Origin: Octopus sinensis
Taxonomy: Eukaryota
Direction: 5' to 3'
Assembly (NCBI RefSeq): GCF_006345805.1
Contig: NW_021834642.1
Coordinates: 1 to 46,988 of the forward strand
Length of the DNA stretch: 46,988 nucleotides
Position numbers and translations under genes: made by a program. Position 1 is the first letter of the stretch. Every line of letters starts with the position of its first letter. Below are positions 13,301-25,363 of this stretch, piece by piece. The notes under the pieces were generated by a model. The model was not told the DNA's origin. It saw only the letters and a program-made list of their open reading frames with translations, and did no database searches.

Positions 13301-14046
13301 GTTTCCAGTAACCGGGACACTGTCTATGTGTCTTATCTAAGTCGGGCGTACACGTCACAAATTTGTGATCTGTGTAGCTGACTATTTTAAATTGTGGATA
13401 TCCTACACTATCCCTATCCGCTGTCCTGCATAGAATTCTATCTAGATAAGATCTCGACGATCCGACGCGGTTTGTCCAAGTCCACGTTGGCACGTTCGGA
13501 TGGTCGAGTCGGAACCTGTCAGACAAATGGAAATGTCTGAGTAGGTCTTTGAAGCACTTACACCCCCCTTCTATTCCTATCCATTCCCACATAATCTAGA
13601 TGCGTGTCCAAGGTAGCGTTCCAATCCTCTACTAACAGTAAAGGTTTAGACGTAACCAGGAAAACCTCTAGACGTCTGAAGAAATCCGCCCGACCCGCTA
13701 AGGACGGTGCATAAACTGCCATCAGATGGAATGCACACCCATTTCTTCCATCCACGTCCAAGACAACCAGCCTACCCTCCGGGTCTAGGAATATTGTTCT
13801 TACTTTTACATTTAGACTCTTTCGAAAAAGCACCGCGGTACCTCCACCACTCATGTTCGGCAAACAAGGAGAAAAATAAATGTCGAATTGATCGCCAAAC
13901 ATGGACGCGAGGGCCCGCGGCTTGCTGAGTCTGGTTTCACTGATAGCTACTATATCCACGTTCAGTGACTTGATGTCGTTTAGAAGGTAACCTTGCTTCC
14001 AAGCCGACGCCAAGCCACGCGCATTCACACAACCTAATTTAAGCAT
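10380..14046 (-). pseudogene. Tx1 ORF2 (APE endonuclease, reverse transcriptase, CCHC), disrupted
   Basis: APE motifs NARGL, SETRL, VYAP, EDWN (normally GDFN), SYLDR, TDH. RT motifs KSPGLDGLP, FRPITLLNADLKILAKV, LDQSKAFDRVDH, VRQGCPLS, YAED (normally YADD). C-terminal CPRCGQSDETVLHALVQC. Lesions: frameshift ~13570, in-frame stops at 11856 and 11313, SINE insertion at ~10770. Confidence 0.95.
10770..10994 (+). mobile_element. SINE family D inserted antisense into Tx1 ORF2
   Basis: Absent at the homologous positions of copies 1 and 3 (cggttt...cgctctg); flanked by GGT at 10767-10769 and 10995-10997; homologous to 19656-19882 and 26185-26407. Confidence 0.92.
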
Positions 14047-14134
14047 AATTGACGTTTAAGAAATTTGTGTTTCACACACTACATTGGAAGAGACAAGAGG
14101 CAAGAGGGAAGGTCACTTACTCATTTCGAAAGTT

Positions 14135-16079
14135 TCAGTTTTTTCTTCTTCTTTTGTAGTGTCTTTGAGGAGGTGTTTGTATAGTTTTTTTGAGAGGTAT
14201 CGTTGAAACCCGCCTACCGCATTTGGAAATATTGTTTTCAGTGTATGGTGTTGTGTTTGCGTTATGTGTACAATTCTTATGTGTTTCGGTGGTGTGTCTT
14301 AAAGTCATCTTCACAGATGTTCGTGTTGGATGCAATGTAATCCATTAAGTTTTTTATTGTCTGTGTCTATTGCAGTTAGCTGTGTGTGTGTGGTTTTGCG
14401 GGTTCATTGATGTTTTTGATTGTCTAAGGAGATGCTGTCCGGAGTTAAAAATCTCCCTGCTTTACTTACTTGTTTGGTGGGCTTTTTTGATCTTTTCCTT
14501 TTACCCCCTGTGGCTATTTGCCATTCCGTCGAACTTTCGTCGTTGGACGATGAGTCCGACGAATCAGAAGGGGGTAAAGGCAAAGCGTTTGCGTTAATAT
14601 GTATGCTTGTAGAAATTGTTGATGTTTTGTGCGGTGTTTGTGTTGTTGGGGTGTTAGGGGTAGAATTTGTCTCCTCGTCACTGTTTTCTGTTTGTTTAGT
14701 TGTCGTCCTCGGTGTTGGTGTTGGTCTATATTTTGTTGGTTCAGTATGTTGAATTGGTTGCGACGTGAACGGTGATTGTGTTGGTGCTGTTTCTTTTCTT
14801 GGTGATGTTGTTGGTGTTTGTTTGCTGGTTTGTTGTTTTTCTTGGCATTGTTCCATAATTGAGTGTGTTGGTGTTGGTGTTGGCAACAAGGGTTTTTAAA
14901 TTTTTTTTCTGTTTTGTTCTTTCTTGTTTTTTCTGTGCCAGAGCGCACTTGGCAATTAAATGTTCTGGGCTGCCACAGTTGTAGCATCTGGGCTTTTTGC
15001 CTTCTGCTAAATGGATCCTATCAGGTAGGTTCTCGATAGAGGACCCCTCAACCTGGATGGTCACTACTATTGTTTTACCACCCCAATTGTCGTTTTTGTA
15101 CACGGCGATTTCTAATATGTTTATCGTTTTCAAATGGTAACAGATCGCTCCTGTTATCCATTTGTTAGGTATCTCGGGAGGTACATTTTAATGCTAATTC
15201 TACTCACTCTCTGGCCTTTGTAATATGGGATCGTGATGATTTCATCATTTTCCAAAGACTCCGTAGAGTGAGCTTTTGCCACTTCCTGGTTAGGGAAGCG
15301 GACCACCACTGTATTAAACTGGGGACCCCAGTTTATATATTCTTTTTTTCATTATGTTTTTTAAACACATTTCTATGTCCTTTTTTGTAATCTGTTCATT
15401 TTGTTTTTTGTTTTGTTTTTTATAATTTTATATATAATTGTCTTATTTTCTATTTGTTCCTTTATGTGTTGAGGTCTATGCAGCACTAAATCCTGCCCTT
15501 GGGTTGTAAAGAGTGCTCTCGTTTCTATTAATTCTTCATTCGTAAATTTTATCATTTCTTTTTTCTGACGCAGGGCGTCAGCGAAATTTACTGTTATATT
15601 TTGGCAGTTGTTGTTGTTGTGTGTTTTTGTTGTTGTTGTATCCGAAATATTCTTGGACGTGGCTTTTCCAGGTGCCGTTGATTCTCTTATGTTAATATCT
15701 TCACTATTAGATGGTAAAATATTTATTTCATTTTTGTTGTTGTTCTTCTTGTTGTTGTTTTTGTTAATAGTATTCGCGTGAATTTCATTTTTATCATTTA
15801 TGTTGGTCGTAGTGGTGGTGGTGGTGGTGGTGTAGGTTGTGATGGTAGCAGTAGTAGTCTCGTTGTTGTTGTTGTTGTTAGTGGTGGTGGTGGTGGTGGT
15901 GGTGGGACAGGGCTGTTACCGCAAGTGGTTGCAACGTTCACTACCACGTCACTCAGGTTTGTCTTTGTCGAATGTGTGTGCGTGCATAAGTTCTTTTTTT
16001 CTCCTAGCGTTTCAAGTCTGGGAAAATGCTGGTCCATAAAGGAACGCGACCAGCGTTCTACAATAACATTTCTCGACAT
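14135..16079 (-). pseudogene. Tx1 ORF1 (Gag-like), frameshifted
   Basis: CYNCGSPEHLIAKC (CX2CX4HX4C) at ~14945-14986, upstream FADALRQKK...VVVRFPNQEVAK, and a Thr/Pro/Ser-rich C-terminus. The start position is uncertain. Confidence 0.75.
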
Positions 16080-16308
16080 TTTTTAACGTCGAGAAGAAAA
16101 ATATACAAATTAAATAGGGTTGAAACTGCCCCTAGGGGCGAATTCCTCCCTTGGAAAAGCACTCAAACGAAAGTTGGGTGCCTTACACACCTTATTTACA
16201 AAAATGTACACAAAATATGGGCTATAAATAGTCAAAATAAACGATTACCTTCGGAGCCGATGTGACAACACGTCTGTCGATAGATAGATAGATACATACA
16301 TACATACA

Positions 16309-16341
<33 letters not shown>

Positions 16342-16449
16342 CAATACAAGCATACATATGAATAACATACATCTATATATTTATATGGTCATCTCTATCT
16401 CTTCTTCTCTCTCTCTCTCTCCCTGTCTCTTTCTTTCTCTGTGTATATA

Positions 16450-16499
<50 letters not shown>

Positions 16500-16574
16500 A
16501 ATTCAAATAAGCAAAGAATTCAAATAAACAAATAAAAAAAAGAAAACGATGAATGTGAGAACGTGCGGCAAGAA

Positions 16575-16680
16575 ATTTATTAATTTGACGCTCGGTGAAA
16601 GGAGAGAGTTTAATGTTTCGAGCATAGCTCTTTGTCGGAAAAGAGAAAGTGAAAAGTCAAAAGAAGAAATCGCCGACGGC
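16575..16680 (-). mobile_element. Penelope-like terminal fragment with degenerate hammerhead core
   Basis: Minus reads ctttt-ccgacaa-a-gagctatgctc-gaaac-att-aaac...ccgagcgtcaaattaata; similar to 40925-41000. Confidence 0.5.
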
Positions 16681-17672
16681 CCATGTGTAATTACACTGTG
16701 TGTGTGTGTGTGAGTGTGTGTGTGTCTGTGTGTGTGTGTGTGTGTGTGTGCGTGCGTGCGTGCGCGCGCGATTGTACAATAAATACGCATAAATACACAA
16801 CACATCTATATGTATGCGTGCGTATGCATATATATACATGTGTCTGTGTGTGTTTGAAAGGATGTATGCATGCGTCTCGTCTATGTCTGAAAGTATTTGT
16901 GCACGTGTGTCTATTTCCGGGAGTGTATTGGTATCTATAAAATGTACTTGTATGTGTGCGTCGTGGTGCGTGTGCGTATTTGTGTATTTGTGTGTATACC
17001 GCACCTCTGTATGTGTATGTGCATGTTGTATACGCGTGTGTACGTGTATGTGTATGTGTGTATGCGAACGCACTCGCTCGCGCACGACAAGATAGCCATT
17101 TCTTCCCGCCATTTCCCACACCAGATGGAGCTGTCAAACATTTCCATCGACAAATGGTCAGAAGAAATAACGATTGCTTTTGTCCATGATTGATTCCACA
17201 TTCCAATACATTCTCCTCTACAGACTTGTGGAGAGGGGTGGGGTCTAGCGTTTGGACTAGTGTGGCGTGTGATGTGATGCACTGGGTCCGGTGTGCTCTT
17301 TGTGGTCCATAGTTGTTTGTTGTGTACAGTGCTGTGTGTATGTGTGTCTATGTGCATGTTTAAATGCGAGTATGTATATGTCTATGTACATGTTTAAATG
17401 CGTGTATGTATGTATTTATGTCATTAGTGCATGATCCATAGAGCCTGTGTAGAACTTTAATCTTTAATCTTTTACATGTTTCGTTCATTGGACTGTGGCC
17501 ATTCTAGGGCACTACCATGAAGGGTTTGGTCGAATAAGACGATTGACTTTTTAATTATTTTTTTTTAAGTGTTGTGCATATTCTGTTGAACTCCTTTGCA
17601 GATTTGTTGAGTTACAGGGAGTTAAACAAACCGACACCCGTTATTAAACAGTAGGGAGACAAATACAAGCAA

Positions 17673-17721
<49 letters not shown>

Positions 17722-18142
17722 CAAACACATACACACACACGCACACATACATATATACGACGTGCTTCTACACAGCTTCAAATTCACCTGCAAGCCATTA
17801 GGCGGCCGAGTGCTATAGCAAAAGTCACTGAACTCGAAACCGGAGTGTGTCAAGTATATAAAATAATGTGTAGTGCTTGTGTGTACATACGTGTGTATCA
17901 TGTGTGTGTATGTGTGTGACATGTATGTAGTGAAGTGTAGTGCACATTTGTTTGTGTTAGGCGCTATATGCATGAATTGTATAGCGTGTGCATGTATGTC
18001 TTTGTGTGTCTGTTCGTGAGCACGCGTGTATGTGTATGAGCTTGTTTTTGTGAGTGTATGTGTGTACAGTGTCAGATGAGGAGCATAATGTGGTCATTTT
18101 GGTCCGTTTGGTCAACTTGGTACTGTGTAGTGTCATAGTAAT

Positions 18143-18208
<66 letters not shown>

Positions 18209-18864
18209 TTTATCCACTTGTGAACGAGGAAGACTGTCTCTACTGACCATTGCCCATGCAAAATGTCAGCAATGCCTATTAGGTCATTGCACTTGCCGTC
18301 GGCTACATCCAGGTTCGTCCCACTTAGCTACCATGCACACTGCAGCGTCTTCCTATTCGACTGGGCATCGGTAAGTCATATCGCCGGCGATATTAGATCC
18401 GAAAAGGTTCGCTCCAATAAGGCTTGCACAACACTTCACGGACCATCCGCACCCCTTTGACTCGATCCAGAGACAAACCAGGACAAGATATCTAGTGCTA
18501 ATATGGGTTGCAGGTTCAGGAATTTGGGAATACCATAATCTCAAGCGTAAGCAAAAGATCCCTAAAATGGCCAATGTCATTCCTTTCATATCAGAGTGAC
18601 CTTTTCTTAGATACGTACTTTAACAAAAGCTGAGGGATGCCTTACTCCCAGTGGTCTTCCACCAACCCGGACATCAAACCGGAATTTCTGAAAGATCCTG
18701 TTATTGCTAGATGGTCGTTGAACCTAGACTTTTCCATAGTCTCTCTCTCTCTTTTACCCAGCTCGCAGCACTCACACACTTCTATTTTAACTACTACCTA
18801 TTCACTTCCCCTCTTTCATTCTTTCCTTTTCTCCCCTACTAGATCTCTTTCTTCTTTCCAATTT

Positions 18865-19034
18865 TACATACATACATAATACATACATACATACATACAT
18901 ACATACATAAATACATACATACATACATACATACATACATGCATACATACATACATAAATACATACATACATAATACATACATACATACATACATACATA
19001 CATACATACATACATACATACATACATACATACA

Positions 19035-19063
<29 letters not shown>
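18865..19063. repeat. (CATA)n array, 5' flank of RLE-LINE fragment
   Basis: Direct reading. Confidence 0.95.
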
Positions 19064-19065
<2 letters not shown>

Positions 19066-19503
19066 GTGTAAGTATAATAGTCCGGATATTATTGTTTGGG
19101 GCAAACAAGAAAAGACATGTACTGTCATAGAGGTCAATTGTCCTACTGATGTGAATATCCCTTTGAAAATCAAAGAGAAAGAAGATAACTATGGACAACT
19201 GCTTCGTATTCTATATCCAGATTACAAATTTACATTTATACCAGTAATTGGTGCACTTGATTTTGTGAGTTAATAATGCCTAATTGACAGTCTGGATAAA
19301 GTTGGATTTTCAGGAAAAGGATTCAAACAATTCAGTCACACATTACAAATACAATCTGTAAGTGAAACAGCATAAAATATGCAAGGCTTGTCTCAAGTTT
19401 AAAATGTGACATTGTCTTCGCTCTCTATATCCCAACGAGCTTTGTATCTTTGTTAGAAACCAGCTCCTTGTTCACAGGAAGAATGTAAATAAATAAAAAC
19501 GAG
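19064..19503 (+). mobile_element. 5'-truncated RLE-type non-LTR retrotransposon (R4/Dong/NeSL-like): endonuclease C-terminus and 3' UTR
   Basis: KYNSPDIIVWGKQEKTCTVIEVNCPTDVNIPLKIKEKEDNY...IPVIGAL fits the PD..(D/E)..K..Y restriction-like endonuclease; the ORF remnant ends ...KICKACLKFKM*. Confidence 0.8.
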
Positions 19504-19655
19504 TACATACATATCCCTATTCAAAAGCATTTCAGGCATGCTACTCTGTCTTTTTGTTTATATATCCTGAGCTGATCACTTACCCCGTGAAACCTTTCTT
19601 GTCTTCATACGCTAGGCTATAGTTTGAATGTAAATTATGGTTTGGCTACTATTCT

Positions 19656-19882
19656 TATTTCTTTACTGCCCACAAGGGGCTACACACAGAGGGGACAAAC
19701 AAGGACAGACAAACGGATTAAATCGATTATATCGACCCAGTACGTAACTGGTACTTATTTAATCGACCCCGAAAGGATGAAAGGCAAAGTCGACCTCGGC
19801 GGAATTTGAACTCAGAGCGTAGCGACAGACGAAATACTGCTATGCATTTCGCCCGGCGTGCTAACGTTTCTGCCAGCTCGCC
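19656..19882 (-). mobile_element. SINE family D, full length
   Basis: Head ggcgagctggcagaaacgttag...gagttcaaattcc (A/B-box-like); tail ...tagccccttgtgggcagtaaagaaata. Confidence 0.9.
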
Positions 19883-20639
19883 ACCCTTTTTTTGGGGGGT
19901 GCTACTATCTATCAGGCTACTATTGGCTACTATTCTATCAGGTACAGATACCACGAAGGAACCACCTTGATATTTTGATCACACCTTATGATCGTTGAAT
20001 GAGAATAGAGGGATTTAACGTACAATAAACTAGCTTCCAATCCCAGGATATATCAGATTTGTTTCTCTTTTGTTGTTAGTGGCTCTTTAGAAGACGGAGA
20101 CATGTATTAGTCTCCTAGAGATATGGCTGTTCGTTGCAAGAATTAGCGTTAACTAAGTTAAACAGAATTACTTGGCTAGAAACGCCAGCAGCACTATCTA
20201 CATAAGTGTCGTCTTTAATACGTATTAAACAACTGCTGACAGCATTGTAGAATCGGAGACACGGCAACCAATCAGCTCAATAGATTGTGTGGAGGATGAC
20301 ATTAGTTGAATCATACGTTATCTCCGCTCTAGGGTGTCTTTCTTTTCATTTTTCCAGTTTAGCAACTTCACAAAGAAATGGCAGAAGAAAAGATATAAGA
20401 TTGGGAAAGAAAGGACAAAGAAGAAGAAAAAAGAGATCTAATAGGAGAGAAAAGGAAAGGAAGGAAAATAGGAAGAGTGAAGAGATAGTGGTTAAAAGAG
20501 AAGAGAGAGAGAATGCTAGGAACGGGGCTGGAAGAAAAGATAGAGGTAGATAGAAAAGAAGATGGTCGATGGGGGAAGACAACATGATAGAAGCTGTGGC
20601 GAAAATTGAGTCGTAAGAGATGATATATATATATATATG

Positions 20640-20713
20640 CATGTATGTGTGTGAGTATGTATGTATGTATGTATGTATGTATGTATGTATGTATGTGTGT
20701 ATGTATGTATGTG

Positions 20714-20747
<34 letters not shown>

Positions 20748-20794
20748 TGTATGTATGTATGTATCTATGTATGTATGTATGTGTGTATATATAC

Positions 20795-20825
<31 letters not shown>

Positions 20826-20835
20826 TGTATGTATG

Positions 20836-20865
<30 letters not shown>
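20640..20865. repeat. (TATG)n array
   Basis: Direct reading. Confidence 0.95.
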
Positions 20866-20866
<1 letters not shown>

Positions 20867-21853
20867 GAGAAACAGCAGCGAGGGTAAGTTTGCGGAATAG
20901 CTAAAAAGAAAATGAAAGAGGGAAGAGAAAGATGAAGAAAGACAAATTGTACTGAGATAAATTTGCATTCCAAGAGAAGAGACTGAGAATGATAAAGTGA
21001 AAGGAATGCTTGTTAGAGAAAGAAAGAGTAAAAGAGAGAAAAGTGGAGTAAGAGGGAGAGAGAGAGAGAGTAAGAGAGAAAAGGTCAGTAAGAGAGAAAG
21101 AGAGAGAGAGAAAGAGCTAGAGGTGTATCCTTCATTAGAATACGTGCGAATCACTTGACCGACGTACTACATGTTACGTTCCATCGATGTTAGTAGCGAG
21201 TGATCGATCGATGCCTTTGTAATTGGCGGTGAGCACTAGTGATTTTGATTGATGGATCTTCAATCAGTGCAGAAGAGTGGCGTTAAGCGTCGGAACAAAC
21301 TTCTTCCCCTAATGGCCAAAACAGAGAATTAATCACTAGAAGGTTTCTTTCCCAACCCAACCACCTACTCCTCCTCCACTTCCTCCTCGATCTAACACTT
21401 CGCCATCTTGTAGCCGCTTCTCTGTCTAACAAGAGTTTTCCCCCGTTTTTTTTTTTCTTATTTCTTTCTTTCTTTCTCCCCTTCACGACAACTACCACCA
21501 CCACCATTACTACTACTGCTTCTATGTTTACCATTATATTCTTGCTGAATTCCGAGTTCTTGCAGTGTTTAACCGTTGCTTCTTCCCAGTTGTTCCTCCT
21601 ATTCTATAACACTCACACCGCACTTACTTTATTTTCGAGTGTCTATTTGTATTTTCTGTCGTGAAATTTTGATCGTTTATTTTGTAGTTTTTTTCTTATT
21701 TCTTATTATATATTTTCCACTTTTCATACATGAGTATATATATGTGAGTGCGTGCGCGCGTAGTGTGTGCGTGTATGTGTACAAATATGTGTTTGTGTGT
21801 GTGTGTGTGTGTGTGCAATTATATATAATATATATATATATATATATACTTTG

Positions 21854-21903
<50 letters not shown>

Positions 21904-22036
21904 TGTGTGTGTCTGTGTCTGTGTATGTATGTATGTATGATGTATGTATGTATGTATGTATGTATGTATGTATGAATGCCTGTATGTATGAATGCATGTA
22001 TATTGCTTTTCCCGATTTGGATAACTTCGAAAGACA

Positions 22037-22037
22037 A

Positions 22038-22114
<77 letters not shown>

Positions 22115-22136
22115 CAACAACAACAACAACAACAAT
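22037..22136. repeat. (AAT)n(AAC)n microsatellite
   Basis: Direct reading. Confidence 0.95.
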
Positions 22137-22419
22137 AGAAGCTGCTATAAATAGTTCTGAATAATTCGCAGTATTTATTTTCGATATAATGACGTCACTG
22201 ACAATTCATAAAATAATCTCCTCTCTCAGAAAATCATTTTCTCTCGTTATTTTTATTTGAATTTCTCTTTTCTTTTCTTAAACGTTACTAAATCATTTTT
22301 TAAACTATTGTCATGATTTTTTGAAATGCCGTTCAGAGGAATATATTTTTCTCTTTACTTTCTTATTTCATCTCCTGTTTTATTCGTTAGGTTTATTTTT
22401 CAAGCAATCTGTAATTCAT

Positions 22420-22452
<33 letters not shown>

Positions 22453-22453
22453 T

Positions 22454-22494
<41 letters not shown>

Positions 22495-22547
22495 GAGACA
22501 GACAGAGACAGAGAGACAGAGAGAGATAGAGAGAGAGAGAGTGAGAG

Positions 22548-22586
<39 letters not shown>

Positions 22587-22598
22587 TAGATAGATAGC

Positions 22599-22634
<36 letters not shown>

Positions 22635-22642
22635 CAGACAGC

Positions 22643-22722
<80 letters not shown>

Positions 22723-22740
22723 AAGACAGACAAAAAGATA
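22420..22740. repeat. (GATA)n/(GACA)n/(GA)n array with no LINE insertion
   Basis: Direct reading. Confidence 0.95.
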
Positions 22741-22855
22741 CATACATACACATAACATATACATATGTATGAATATATATGCATACATATACATATATAT
22801 ATATATATATATATACACGCATATGTATAGATATGTATATATATATGTATGCATA

Positions 22856-22894
<39 letters not shown>

Positions 22895-23143
22895 TATGTG
22901 TGACTTTGACTCATCCGCTGAGTTAGTAAGTTTATTTCGGTTAAGATGATGTATTTTAGGTGGTTTTAAGTAGCTTAATCTATCTGGGATTTGATTATTG
23001 GAAAAATAACTGCTAAAATGCTTATGTAAGTGTGTATACATACAAGCATACACACACAGAAATATACATCTATACATGTGTATATGAGTATATGTATATA
23101 AGTGTGTGTGTGTGTGTGTGTTACTGCGTGTGTATGCATATGT

Positions 23144-23197
<54 letters not shown>

Positions 23198-23240
23198 TAT
23201 ATACATATATATATATACATATATATATATATTATATATA

Positions 23241-23307
<67 letters not shown>

Positions 23308-24173
23308 CATATAATATACGTACATATATACATACATACATATATATGTGTGTATATTACATAGCTATATAACAGAAATAGATATAGATATATTATGTGT
23401 GCCTGTGTGTCTGCCTGTTTGCGTGTGTTTATTATGACTAATGTTCTCATATCGTGTATGCAAAAATCATAGAATACACGGTACGCACAGATGTATTCAT
23501 GGGTGTGTCTGCAATTCTATTATCTATACACACATACATATATATGTATATGTGTATATATGTATGATATATATGAATGTATGTATATGTTTCTTTATGT
23601 GTATGTGTGTGTGTGCGTGTGTGTGTGCGTGCGTGCCTTTGTGCATTTCTATGTATGTATTTATGTAACAAAATGTCGTTCTTTGTAGGCAATTAATTAG
23701 TAAATGGCTTGTATTTACTACCAAAGTCACACGATTCCGTCAAGTGGAAGATTGTTTCCTTTACTTCACTGATCTTTACATTTGTTCTATTTTGCAGACA
23801 GTTCAATGCGATAGCTTAAAATAGGAATGGTCGCATTTCATCGTTCCGAAAAAGATACACGAAATTATTAACATTTCGTTGACTTCGTTATTTTAGGTGT
23901 AGGCGTAGAATGTGTTGATACGACAAACAAAAGAACACGTTATATAGTTTCTCTTGTTTCTATTACTGCAACTTTTCTACAGTCTTTGGTAAAATGTTCT
24001 TCACGGGCCGCAAGCTACATTTAAAAATTTTTTTGAAGTACGTGAGACAAATTTAATCTCTGAATTATTATGAAAATGGTGATGTCATGCTGTTGAAATA
24101 GTGACCACGTAGTCTCTGACGTCAAGGACAGTAAACTGTCCTTTATGATTTCTGATGAGCCATTACTGTATTT

Positions 24174-24430
24174 GATCATTTCCGGTAAGTTCACCGTCAT
24201 CAATTCACTGCAGGGAAGGTTCACCGCCATCAAATTCGTCATCAATTCACCATTCGTTTTTTGTTTTGTTTTTTTTTGTTGTTTTTTTTTTTCAATAAAA
24301 TAGTTTTTAGCTATTGATGGTGAGATATTATGGATATATTTTCTCGGTAAACTTTCCTCCCGGCGAACTTTCCTCACGGTGAACTTTCTTCAGGGTGAAT
24401 TGATGGCGGTGAACTTACCTGTAATCGATC
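24174..24430. mobile_element. MITE-like element with inverted ends and subterminal repeats
   Basis: ggtaagttcaccgtcatcaattcac at left vs gtgaattgatggcggtgaacttacc at right; the gttcaccg-like motif is repeated internally. Confidence 0.65.
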
Positions 24431-24598
24431 TCAAAAAAGGCGCACACGCGGGTATATTAGACGCAGCCCAATTTGGGCAGCGCATATTCAGGTAAAAAGA
24501 TATTTTGGCGAATTAAAGCATGCAATATAGGCCCAATTTCATATATAGAGCCCGAGATAATTGTTTAAAAGATTTTTGGTAGGGAAAACGTGTGTCTT

Positions 24599-24629
<31 letters not shown>

Positions 24630-24635
<6 letters not shown>

Positions 24636-24840
24636 TGTGTATCAGTGTTTGTCCCCACCATCGCTTGACAACTGATATTGGTGTGTTTACGTTCCCGTAA
24701 CCTAACGGTTCGACATAAGAGACCGATTGAATAAGTACTAGGCTTACAGCGAGTCCTGGGGTCGATTTGCTCGACTTAATGGTGATGCTCCAGCATGGCC
24801 ACAGTCAAATAACTGAAACAAATAAAAGAATAAAAGAATT
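24630..24840 (+). mobile_element. SINE family AB, 3' half
   Basis: gtgtttgtcccca...ggggtcgatttgctcgac...cagcatggccacagtcaaat...aaaagaataaaag. Confidence 0.85.
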
Positions 24841-25164
24841 GTAGAAGCATAAGCATACAAATTTGAACAAGAAGATCGTATATGAACCGCCAAGGGCCAT
24901 GTGGACCCTAATTGAGAACCACTGCTTTAGAGCGCCATTTTGCTTACCGAGACGCTATGCTACCGTTCGCCTATAAGAATTATTAGCCAAATCTCTGTCA
25001 AGTCACGACCTCTCGCCTTCAAAATGGACACTTTTGGTGGTAATGCGTTCCAGATGATTATATACAGAAAGATGGTGTGAGCATGGCTCAAATGATTTTG
25101 CTCATCTGTAATGCACTTCCAATACAGTAAAAAAATAACAAAACTGAAACAAAAAAGATAAGAC

Positions 25165-25228
<64 letters not shown>

Positions 25229-25273
25229 GGTGCTTGTGGTGGCGGCGGTGGCGGTAGCGGCGGCGGCGACGGC

Positions 25274-25344
<71 letters not shown>

Positions 25345-25363
25345 CAGCAGCAGCAGCAGCAAC

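Larger units (their letters stand above)
10081..16278 (-). mobile_element. Near full-length (~6 kb) inactivated L1/Tx1-clade non-LTR retrotransposon, copy 2
   Basis: ORF1 remnant with CCHC knuckle; ORF2 with APE endonuclease, RT and C-terminal knuckle; 3' UTR with AATAAA-like end; GATA repeats on both sides. The 5' boundary is inferred from where the GATA repeat resumes. Confidence 0.93.

Noticed and set aside
11445-13928. Plus-strand ORFs overlapping the LINE
   Set aside because: Antisense shadows of the GC-rich ORF2.
24905-24930. hAT-like terminus gagaaccactg (also a weak match ~36230-36310)
   Set aside because: Only a single short end, with no matching TIR or 8-bp TSD.
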